Source: Macrostomum lignano (taxonomy: Eukaryota). From it: 64,000 bases of DNA. The first letter of the stretch is position 1, and every line of letters begins with the position of its first letter. Of this stretch, positions 10,358-20,700 are shown in pieces. The notes beneath the pieces are model-generated. The model was not told the DNA's origin. It was given only the letters and a program-made list of their open reading frames with translations, and searched no databases. The stretch is taken from positions 124,001 through 188,000 of the forward strand of contig NIVC01000884.1 of the NCBI GenBank assembly GCA_002269645.1, in the 5' to 3' direction. A program made the position numbers and the translations under genes.

Positions 10358-13296
10358 ATGGAAGTCACTGCAGCAAAGGCTAACTCTTATAACCTTTACA
10401 GTAAATGCTACTACAGCGAGTAGCGGCAGGAACGCCAGAAGTCCAACTCTCCTGTCCGCTCTGACCGCATCCAACAAAGTGCTCAACTATCTTCGCTTGT
10501 ACGCGGCACCATCGCTCTCTCTTCTGGCCATCGTTGGCGCGGCCGTGGTGCTGTACTGTGCCATCAGGTCCTGGCGTCGAGTGAAGGGCAAGGATCTCGT
10601 GCTGTGCTGCTTGGCTGCGGCTGACATGATCACCGCCGTCTGCACGTGAGGAACTGGCGTTAGGCGTAGAATTTCGCATTTTATAAAGCTTCTGGTACGA
10701 ATAGAGCTGCTGGTACAAGTAGAGCTTCTGGTACAAATAGATTATTATTTTTATTAGAAGCAGGGGTTGTGTGCACCCTGGCGCACTTTAAGCGACATAG
10801 GCTCACAACCGGCGAGAGGCATTACTGCCCATTCCGCCGACTCCCTGAGCAGGCATACAAGCGCGCGGATACGTACGCAGGCACACACTCACACAGGAGT
10901 GTACAGCGGCTCTAACTTTATATTATCGTTGGGCATGTACACTTCACTGCGCCTTGGGGGGTTGGCTCTCAAGGCCGTTAATTGCACGAGCAGAGCCAAG
11001 CCGAGATTCCAATTCAGCCCCAAATTAATGTACAAGTAGAGCTTCTCTTACGAATAGAGCTTCTGGTACAAGTAGAGCTTCTGGTACAAGTAGAGCTTCT
11101 GGTACAAATATAGCTTCTGGTACAAGTAGAGCTTCTGGTACAAACAGAGCCTCTGGTACAAGTAGAGCTTCTGGTACAAGTTGAACGTTGAGTGTATGGT
11201 GCAGGTCATTCAGAGAATGGTACAGGAGGTTGACAATATGGTGCAGGACGTTGACAGCATGTTTCAGGACGTTGACAGCATGGTGCAGGACGTTGACAGC
11301 ATGGTGCAGGACGTTGACAGCATGGTGCAGGACGTTGACAGTATGGTGCAGGACGTTGACAGCATGGTGCAGGACGTTGACAGCATGGTGCACAACGTCC
11401 CAAACATGGGTGCAGAACGATGAGAGCTCAGCTTCCATGAACCAAGCTTTCAGTGCACGCAGCCTTAGAAACTGGAACTGACAGCATTGATGTAATTCTA
11501 AGGGAAGCAACGAAAAAACTCGGGGATCTGTGAGACGAAACTGTGACACAGAATCCGGACACAAGATGTGTCTGTGACAGTCCACTCGGGACATTCTGAG
11601 CCGCTAGAATCCTTTGCAAATTATCCCAGTTGGGGCTCTATTAAATTGAATTCAGTCCCTGTCTGAACCTAATCTATCTGCCAACCAAAGGGCTTCTCAT
11701 TTTTATTTCAGATCATCAGATCATTATATCGATTTTTTGTCAAAAAGAAATAATTACTGCGAAAGTAATTACATTTAATAGCAATCATTTTCTAAGTAAA
11801 ACAAGCTCTCGCTGTACTTTTGTAAAATATTCGGCATATATCAAGCTTTCTTTTCGCTCATGCTTTTATTAATTTCTTAATTTCTTAATTTCTTCCTTCA
11901 TCACTCATTCAGTTATTTATTTATTTATTCATTCATTCATTCATTTATTCATTCGTTTATTCATTCATTCATTTATTTATTCATTCATTCATTCATTCTT
12001 TCACCAACTCGACTGCATTCCCTCAACCCTCAGGCTGCTCTCTCGCGAGTTTCTGAGCTCCGGCCTGGGCCTCCAGATGCCGCAGGTGCAGCTGGGCTGG
12101 GTTTGCCAGTTGTGGTCCTTCTTCTGGATCCTCAGCAACAGCCTGTCGTCCAACTTTCTCTGCCTGCTGGCCGCCGACCGAGTCTACGCGTTGAGCTGGC
12201 CTATGCACCACCGGGTGCACATGGCGAGGACCAGGTGAAGACTTGATTAATCGTAATTTCTTCTTTTAGAGCTTATAGCATAGTGAAGCCCCACTGTTCA
12301 CTTCAAACGAAGGCCGTAGCTCAGTGTTCCTGGCACGGCGTTATGATGTGCCAGCGACCCAGGCTCGATTCCCAGTGCAGTCACATTGATTTGGGGCTGA
12401 AATGAAATCTCGGCTTGGCTCTGCTCGTGCAATTAACGGCCTTGAGGGCCAACCCCCAAGGCGCAGTGAAGTGTACATGCCTAACGATAGAATAAAGTTA
12501 GGGCCGCTGTACACTCCTGTGTGAGTGTGTGCCTGTGCTCTTGTGTGCCTGCTCAGGGAGTCGGCGGAATGGGCAGCAATGCCTCTCGTTGGTTGTGTGA
12601 CAATGTCGCTTAAAGTGCGCCATTTAATCTTCTTCAAGCCTTCCACCGAGGAGCAACAGTTCCCCTTAGTTAATCATTCCCTAGCAACATCGGCAAGCCC
12701 CATCGCCCAACCTCAGGTACTCAGTCACCGTAGCCGCATTCGTCCTAGCCTTTGCCGTCATCGCTGTCCACGGCGTGCTGGTGTACGACGCCTACGAGTA
12801 CTTCGGGTCTCGCTATTGCTACGTGGCCCTGACGGTCAGTCCGGCAGTCAACATGGCCGTCCAGGTGTACACCAACGTGGTGATGAATGGCTTGCTGGCC
12901 GGGGTCTGTCTCGCCTCGGCCAACATCTACCTGTGCGCTCGGATCCGCAAGATTCACTTCGACAAAGCCCGCCTCACCGGCAGCGACAGCGGGCCAAGCA
13001 GTGGCGAGCTTCGAAGCAGCGTCACCTTGGTGATCCTCGCCTTCGTACACCTCGCCGCCTCGGTGCCGCGGGTGGTGGCCTACACCTGGCACTTCACGCT
13101 GTACACCCAAGACGAGGAGCGTCGCGCCGATCCGACCTTCCAGCAGCTTCTGTTCTCGCTGGCTAACAACTTCAATTACCTGTTCTTCATCAACAGCTCG
13201 CTGAACTGGCTGATCTACTGCATCCGGGTGCCAGCGTTCAGGGCTCAGCTGGGGTGCCGGCGGAACCGCGGCTCCGACAGTGCCAGCTCGCAGTGA
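10358..13296 (+). CDS. Class A (rhodopsin-like) peptide-type GPCR, 3 exons
   Basis: Exons about 10358-10645, 12034-12234 and 12717-13296 with GT-AG borders and matching phases (2/2). TM2 LAAAD, TM3 DRVY, ECL2 Cys, TM7 NSSLNWLIY. The ATG at 10358 joins the frame only if one T of TTT at 10395-10397 is removed, giving MEVTAAKANSYNLTVNATT; otherwise an unidentified upstream exon is needed. Confidence 0.88.
10685..11180. repeat. 18-bp minisatellite (TAGAGCTTCTGGTACAAG) split by a SINE
   Basis: Units lie on both sides of the SINE at 10741-11030. Confidence 0.85.
10741..11030 (-). mobile_element. SINE family A copy, 5'-truncated
   Basis: Reverse-complement homology to 12311-12635. Lacks the tRNA head and ends in a TAA-rich tail. 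Confidence 0.8.
11215..11392. repeat. 21-bp minisatellite (GCAGGACGTTGACAGCATGGT), intronic
   Basis: Tandem units in GPCR intron 1. Confidence 0.9.
11905..12000. repeat. (ATTC/ATTT)n microsatellite
   Basis: Seen directly. Confidence 0.9.
12311..12635 (+). mobile_element. tRNA-derived SINE, family A (most complete copy)
   Basis: Head AGGCCGTAGCTCAGTG (A-box-like) to GGCTCGATTCCC (B-box-like). The body is shared with 10741-11030, 32575-32885, 38265-38468 and a diverged copy at 58430-58635. Confidence 0.8.
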
Positions 13297-13347
13297 CTCC
13301 AAAGCTGCTGCTGGAGAAGGGCCGCTGCAAGTAGTGCAAAACTATCA

Positions 13348-13455
13348 TTGACTAATTGGGAATTTGATGTGTCAGGTGACTGACTAATTGGGTATTTGAT
13401 GTGTCAGGTGACTGACTAATTGGGTATTTGATGTGTCAGGTGATTGACTAATTTA
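13348..13455. repeat. 32-bp minisatellite (GACTAATTGGGTATTTGATGTGTCAGGTGACT)
   Basis: About 3.5 units; the core is shared with the 30-bp array at 16440-17110. Confidence 0.9.
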
Positions 13456-13498
13456 TAAATTCAATGTTTTAAGTGACTGACTAATTTGGACTTCAATA

Positions 13499-13895
13499 GC
13501 ATGGCCTCACCTGTTACAATATGGCCTCACATGTTACAATATGGCCTCGCCTGTTACAATATGGCCTCACCTGTTACAATATGGCCTCGCCTGTTACAAT
13601 ATGGCCTCACCTGTTACAATATGGCCTCACCTGTTACAATATGGCCTCGCCTGTTACAATATGGCCTCGCCTGTTACAATATGGCCTCACCTGTTACAAT
13701 ATGGCCTCGCCTGTTACAATATGGCCTCGCCTGTTACAATATGGCCTCGCCTGTTACAATATGGCCTCACCTGTTACAATATGGCCTCGCCTGTTACAAT
13801 ATGGCCTCACCTGTTAAAATGTAGCCACATCGGTTATAATATTATGGCCTCACCTGTTGTTACAATATGGCCTCACCCGTTATTACAATATGACC
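13499..13895. repeat. 20-bp minisatellite (ATATGGCCTCACCTGTTACA)
   Basis: Tandem units. Confidence 0.95.
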
Positions 13896-14384
13896 TCACA
13901 AAAACACAAAAACAAATATTCATGCGCCACGGATCCAGTGGTCTAACTTTGAACCACTCGGCTATTATTGTCTGTTTTTTTACTCAAGCTAGGCTGCTCA
14001 TTACTTGAGCAGTTCACCCGATACACAGGCCAGCTATCCAAAATAAGATTTCTGCACAAAAAAATAAAAAAGACACTACATTTTCGTACTTAAAGCGATC
14101 GCTCGTATCCCATATACTAAAAATTTATTACTAAAATTAATAAGGCACGAGGTTATTGCTTTGAATAGTTTAGCATCAGAGGGAATAAATGTGTCAATTT
14201 TTCTAAACTAAAAACTATCAAAGCCATAAAAACGTTGCTTTGCTACTACTAGTAAACTGAAAAATTGGATAAATATTTGTTTTACTGATTAAAGCGTACC
14301 AAAGAGCACAAATAGAAATTTGTCCTGCTTGCTTTCTCGATAAGTTTTGCAGCTCTTCTCATCCATATAATATTTCTTAAACCT

Positions 14385-14535
14385 GGGCCTCTCTGCTCCC
14401 CAGTCTCCCTGAACCTGTCTCTCTGCTGCCCCAGTCTCCCTGAACCTGTCTCTCTGCTGCCTCAGTCTCCCTGAACCTGTCTCTCTGCTGCCTCAGTCTC
14501 CCTGAACCTGTCTCTCTGCTCCCTCAGTCTTCCTG
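14385..14535. repeat. 31-bp minisatellite
   Basis: CAGTCTCCCTGAACCTGTCTCTCTGCTGCCC repeated. Confidence 0.85.
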
Positions 14536-14564
14536 AGAATCTCCCTGAGTCCCCACCATTATCC

Positions 14565-15323
14565 CTAATCCTTGCTAGCCTTGAACTCCTCCTCTAGAAA
14601 GAGGCTGAGCAGCTTTACTTTGTCCTGCAGACCACATGGCTCAATTAGGCTTTTCACTTGAGCATAGAGCCTCATCAGACGATCATCAGGCTGGAGAAAC
14701 GCCAGCTGATCCAATGTTGGCGGTGCCTCATGGCATGGGATCGACCGCAGCCGCTTGCAGCTCTCACAGGCGCTGTCCAGATTGCCCAGTCTCTCTGCGG
14801 CCAGCAAGTTAGCGGCCAGGGTTCTAACCTGGAGCTGGTTCTCTGCCCATTGTTTTCTCCTATTCAGGTAGGACACCTGCTTGTTGGCCCAGTTCCCCAC
14901 CTGGTCAGTGAGGAGCTCCATTGCGCTGCCTAGCGATGCGATCGTCTTCTCCTGCTTAAATCGGCATATTTGCAGCTCCAAATCGCAAACGCTGATCGTC
15001 TGCTCCAGATCGGCTTTGCTGTCCACTTCAAGTAGAATCCTTTTAGCCAGTTTGGCTCCCTCTTGGGCCATCTGGACTCGTCCAGCATTAAACAGGGCTC
15101 TCAGCTGCTCAACTCGAAAGTCCTTGGTCAGCTGGTCAGGTTGTTGGTTGGTCACCTTGCGGCACTCCGGACAGCAGAGTGTGCCAGATCTGCGATAGAC
15201 CTCCTGCAGACAGCCCAGGCAGTATGAGTGCAGGCAGGGCAACGCCCTGGGGTCTTTCATCTCCTCACAGCAGATTCCGCATTCGGTGAGCGAGCTGTCA
15301 AACTCGTCACTCGCTCTGGCCAT
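14565..15323 (-). CDS. C3HC4 RING-finger / coiled-coil protein (TRIM-like E3 ligase, no clear B-box)
   Basis: CGIC-x11-CLHSYCLGC-x12-CPEC followed by a helical region; single exon, 252 aa. Confidence 0.85.
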   Translation of the reverse strand: MARASDEFDSSLTECGICCEEMKDPRALPCLHSYCLGCLQEVYRRSGTLCCPECRKVTNQQPDQLTKDFRVEQLRALFNAGRVQMAQEGAKLAKRILLEVDSKADLEQTISVCDLELQICRFKQEKTIASLGSAMELLTDQVGNWANKQVSYLNRRKQWAENQLQVRTLAANLLAAERLGNLDSACESCKRLRSIPCHEAPPTLDQLAFLQPDDRLMRLYAQVKSLIEPCGLQDKVKLLSLFLEEEFKASKD

Positions 15324-15684
15324 TCGAATTACTGTTTAAAGAGAGTCGCTTGGGAAAATACTTTGCGAAAGCGCCACAGTAGGCTTGAATGTCCGCTTGC
15401 TTTTATTTCATTTTGCAATTTTCGTACGCAAAACGCAAGCTCTGGCGTGCGTACACTATACTCCAAGTACAAAGCCACTTTAAGCTTGTCGCTGTTGTCG
15501 TCTTCTACCGAATCTGTGCCTTACCTGCGAGTAATTATCTGGGCCACTGACTGCCAACCGCGCACACAGCTAAGATAACAACAATAAACGCATTCAGACA
15601 AAAACGTACTCGCTTGCTCGAGTTTACCCAGAGTCGCGCAGAGCTCAGTTTTTGTTTTACACAGTTACCCCGAAAGCAGCTGAC

Positions 15685-16422
15685 ATGGCCAGGCTACTCA
15701 ACACTGACCCCTACGCGGCTCTGACGTGCAGTGTCTGCTTCGGCGAGTTCGACATTCCTGCACACCTTCTGCCTGCGGTGCCTGGAAGGGGTGCACGACG
15801 CTGACTGTGTAATTACTGTGAATGAGTTAATGACTGAGTAACAAAATGTGTAGGAGAATCATAAAACCAATAAGTCGAATTGTGCCATTTTTAAAGACTT
15901 TTTCGGCACAGGACATGTAAAAGTAGGATATAAAGTCAACATAGAATCCTAAGTTTCTAAACATAAGGTTTATGAATAGCAATAGAGCTATAAGAAAGGC
16001 AGACATATCAAAATATGAACATTGGGTCTGCTTCTTTGTCAAAAGCAGTCATATCGTTCACCCCCCCCCCCAGAACAATCGAAGGTCGCCGTTCGGAACC
16101 GTCGATGGGCGATTGACTCACTGGAGATGCGCAGCGTCTCCGAGTCGATGGTGCAATGCGTCAGCGACGATGGTCGTCAGTCGATGCCCGACTCTATGGC
16201 AAGATTCCGCCTGAACAGCCGCGCCAACAGCCGAAGCTGATGCTGGAGCAGCCGACGAAGGAGGTCGTCTGTGCCGAGCTACGCGCCGCCCTGGCCCTGA
16301 TCGACGTGGCTGACGTGAGCGGCGGCTACACCAGGGTGTACCAGCGCATCCAGGAGATCCGCTCCGAGCAGGCCCGGAGCGTCGACCTGGACGAGGCTTG
16401 TTGTGATCAGAGCGACGCCTGA
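15685..16422 (+). pseudogene. Disrupted RING-finger paralogue
   Basis: ATG at 15685 reads MARLLNTDPYAALTCSVCFGEFD, then after a deletion and frameshift LHTFCLRCLEGV. Coding-like helical fragments lie in two frames at 16075-16422. Confidence 0.6.
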
Positions 16423-16439
16423 CTTAACTATGAGAGTTG

Positions 16440-17110
16440 AGCGTCAGGTGACTGAGTAATTAGGAATGCGATGTCAGGTGAATGACTAATTGGGGTTGGG
16501 GTATCAGGTAAATGACTAATTGGGGTTGGGGTATCAGGTAAATGACTAATTGGGGTTTGCGTATCAGGTAAATGACTAATTGGGGTTGGGGTATCAGGTA
16601 AATGACTAATTAGGGTTTGGGTGTCAGGTGATTGACTAATTAGGGTTTGGGTATCAGGTAAATGACTAATTAGGGTTGGGGTATCAGGTAAATGACTAAT
16701 TGGGGTTGGGGTATCACGTGAATGACTAATTGGGGTTGGGGTATCACGTGAATGACTAATTGGGGTTGGGGTATCAGGTAAATGACTAATTAGGGTTGGG
16801 GTATCAGGTAAATGACTAATTGGGGTTGGGGTGTCAGGTAAATGACTAATTAGGATTTGCGTATCAGGTAAATGACTAATTGGGGTTGGGGTATCAGGTA
16901 AATGACTAATTAGGGTTGGGGTATCAGGTAAATGACTAATTGGGGTTGGGGTATCAGGTAAATGACTAATTAGGGTTTGCGTATCAGGTAAATGACTAAT
17001 TGGGGTTGGGTTATCACGTGAATGACTAATTAGGGTTTGCGTATCAGGTAAATGACTAATTGGGGTTGGGGTATCACGTGAATGACTAATTGGGGTTGGG
17101 GTGTCAGATG
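16440..17110. repeat. 30-bp minisatellite (GTATCAGGTAAATGACTAATTGGGGTTGGG)
   Basis: Tandem units; the HLPDTPTPIS ORF is a repeat translation. Confidence 0.95.
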
Positions 17111-17739
17111 ACTGACTGTGCGGAGCTGGGAAATGAGGCGACATGCGTGCATTATTCATGCCTGTACGTCTTTACGAAGATAAACGCATAAATCTTATGA
17201 TGCTTTTAAATAGCATTTTGAGACGTATGGCCCGAACTCAGCTTCAATGTCGATCTAATATGCTATTTAACCGGTTATTAACACTATTTTTTCCACAAAT
17301 AAAATGATGAGAAATAAATTGCTAAAATTTGGAAGCTGAATATATATTTGAATGCATCTAATTACAATCAAGCACTAACATAAAAGTACTTTTCAATTCG
17401 ATGTAAACTTATTTAAAAAATTTTAAGGTCTTTGAATTTTTGCGTAGGCCGGTTTTCGCATTAGGGTTAAAAAGCCTACCATTGTTCAACCGGTTTCAAC
17501 AACCAGGGTGAGCTGTGACTAATGGCGCAGGGTTAATGTAAGATCCAACACAGACGAATCGCCATCTTCTAAAAAGTGCAGCTCACTCCAAAGTCTGCAG
17601 CCAGCCAATTAAATGCATGGATGACACTTCCTTTCCTCAGAAATGCCATAAATATGTTGCATGGAAACGGTGAGGAGAGCTGCTCACCTCCGAACCTCTG
17701 AAGCAAAACTTCCAGTGGCAGTTCCCCAACAAATTCAGC

Positions 17740-20700
17740 ATGTCTGCTGCCGGATGGCCTTGCTGGATTTTACTGACTGCTCTGCTGCATGCTGGCACCG
17801 TCACGGCTGATGCGACTCCCGGCTGTGCCCCAGGCTCAGGTGAGCTGAGGCTTCTGCGACTTGCTCATTTTTCTCGATTCAAAGCCTCCTAGACTATTGT
17901 AGAGAAAGTGTTGTGAAATTGTGAGTGACAATGGATAAATAATCAGCGGCGCGAGCCATAGACAATCGTTGTCATGCACTGGGACCGCTGATTCTTTGCA
18001 TTGTTTTTCTGTTTGACGATCCTACAGACAATGCATTGTTTGTAGTAATGGATTGTTCTGCATTAAAAATGTGAATAATGATCGTCAAATTGCTAAACAA
18101 TGTCAAATTTCAGTTCTTTCACGTTGTCTCCTTTCTGTCTGCCAAAATACTCGTAGGTTTGGCCATAGAAAACCTCACTTTAACTGGAACATAAAACAGA
18201 AAAACCATATCGGAAAAATAGCGTAGGGCATTATACTTTAACAATTATACTTTTTTGCGATTGAATTCGTCCAAACTGCAAAACCTTTCGTCCACAAATG
18301 CTTTCTTAATGGGAGCTAAATTTAGATTATACCATAGACAACTGTGTTCACGCAAAACGGTTCATCCAGTTTGTAAAACATTTCGTCTAAACCCTACGTC
18401 CAAACAGCTAACAGCTAAACGGAGCGACTTTATTTGATATCACGAGATATTGAACAAAGCAAAAACAGTGTCTCTTGTTAGAATGTTAGTTCAAAATGTC
18501 TTCGTAGTCCAAACAGCGGCCGTAGTAACCCACAGTGTGATTGGTCCATTGCTGGCACTTCTCCTGTGTAATCACGTGCAGTGCAGCTTCGACCTCTCTC
18601 TTCAAAATGTGCATCCGCCAGGCCTCGGTTCATCTTCGACTGTTTTGCCGGGTTCAGAATGGAAGATATGCGTTGCTGTAGCTGTAGTGGTAGCAAAAGC
18701 GAACTGTCAATTGGGTGTTAACTATGGTAGGAACAGTACACTCGGTCTCTAGTCTAGGGGACGAAATGTTTTACAAACTGGATGAACCGTTTTGCGCGAA
18801 CACAGCTGTCTATGGTATGATCTAAATTTAGCTCCCATTAAGAAAGCATTTGTGGACGAAAGGTTTTGCAGTTTGGACGAATTCAATCGCAAAAAAGTAT
18901 AGTTAGACTAGAAAAAGCAGAATTAAAGAAATAAAATATTTTTGCATATAATTCCACGCCCTTTAAAGGGCCGTTTAAGTATACCTTGTGTTAGGCCCTT
19001 AAAAGGACCGTTTTAGAAAACTTAATGTTGGAGCCTCAAAAAGGCCGTTTTAGCATACTTTATGTTGAGCAAAGGTTGGAATGAGGCAACTCCTGCGGGA
19101 GAGACCATTAAAAGATTCTGTATAGTAAATATTAAACATCAGCGTCATTAAACATCCCATCAGCCTCGCAACGCTTCGAGCCGTTCGAGGCCAGCTGTCC
19201 GCCCGCTCCATCGGCCAGCGTCTTGGCTGCTGGTGAAAATCTCTCCATCGAACTGCCAGCGGACAGCCAGACGACCTGCTCGATTCTGTGCGCCATGCGA
19301 GACGCCTGCGGCTACCTGCGTTTCGATTCGCAAGCTGGCGTTTGCAGCCTGTCGAGTCGAGCGCAAGGCATGACGCATCACAAAGCCGGTGAGACATTCC
19401 GGATTGGACACCCTCTGGGTTCATGGACACCCTCTGGATTCATGGACACCCTTTGGGTTCATGGACACCCTCTGGGTTCATGGACACCCTTTGGGTTCAT
19501 GGACACCCTTTGGGTTCATGGACACCCTTTGGGTTCATGGACACCCTTTGGGTTCATGGACACCCTCTGGGTTCATGGACACCCTTTGGGTTCATGGACA
19601 CCCTTTGGGTTCATGGACACCCTCTGGGTTCATGGACACCCTCTGGATTCATGGACACCCTCTGGATTCATGGACACCCTTTGGATTCATGGACACCCTC
19701 TGGATTCATGGACACCCTCTGGATTCATGGACACCGTGTGGCTTCATAAAGCCACATAAGCTGTGGCTTCATAAAGCCACATAAGCTGTGGCTTCATAAG
19801 CTTCTTAAACACCTTCTTGGCTGCATAGACCTTCTAAGTTCAGTTCCACCCACTGGGTCCCACCCTCTGGCTTCATGGACACCCTCTGGCTTCATGGACA
19901 GCCTTCTGGTTTAATGAATATGAATTCGATCATGAACACAACTTTAGATAAATAGGGAGTTCAGTTATATAGATAAGACGCAAGAGCCACTTAAATTTTT
20001 TTAGACATCCATGGGTTATATCAGGCAGGGTCTAGTACGTATGACAAGACTGGTTTGAGTATGACATCCAGAGCCATCATCAGATCACAAACACTTAGGG
20101 CTCAGGGCTTGATTACACCGCTCATTAAATGAATCATTTCTTGATACAGCCGGGAGGCGTTGTGCGCCCATTCCCGCCAACCCCTGGAGACCAGGGGAGC
20201 TGGTGCTGCGCAGGGAGTTCCGGTGGTGCCGGTGTCCGCAGCGCGGTCCCCCCTCGGGAGAATCCAGAAGGTGGATGGTCGCTCGCCCGGTAGCCCTTAG
20301 GTAGCGGACGAGCTGACAAAGATTCTCAGTTTTGGGAATTCAAATTTCCCCATGTGTCCGAAGCCCCCAGTGAATATACCAAAGTGAGTAAAGTGAAAAT
20401 GCAATGATACCCTCCGGTACTGCAAAAAAACTGCAGCTGTATCATCAGTGAGTGAAACTGTGTCTCTCACTGACAGTGAGTCAACATCAACCTCAGTGTT
20501 AGAGCCCCCCCCCCCCTGTGCCGTAACCATGAGAACTGCGGATGTAGTGTGTAAGAATGGCTAAATTTACTTTAAAAAGGTGCAATTTAAGTCAGCTGGA
20601 AAGCTGCAGAAATAATGTTACAATGGTTAAGTTTGCTCACCAAGGCGTCAAATTCCAATAGCTTTGAGTTTGCAGGTCTGTACTCAGACACATGATAGAT

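Noticed and set aside
11181-11423. Heptad-like VQDVDSM ORF as a coiled-coil protein
   Set aside because: 21-bp intronic VNTR inside the GPCR intron, with no splice support.
12311-12385. Functional tRNA gene
   Set aside because: Cloverleaf is imperfect and continues into a dispersed repeat body; it is a SINE head.
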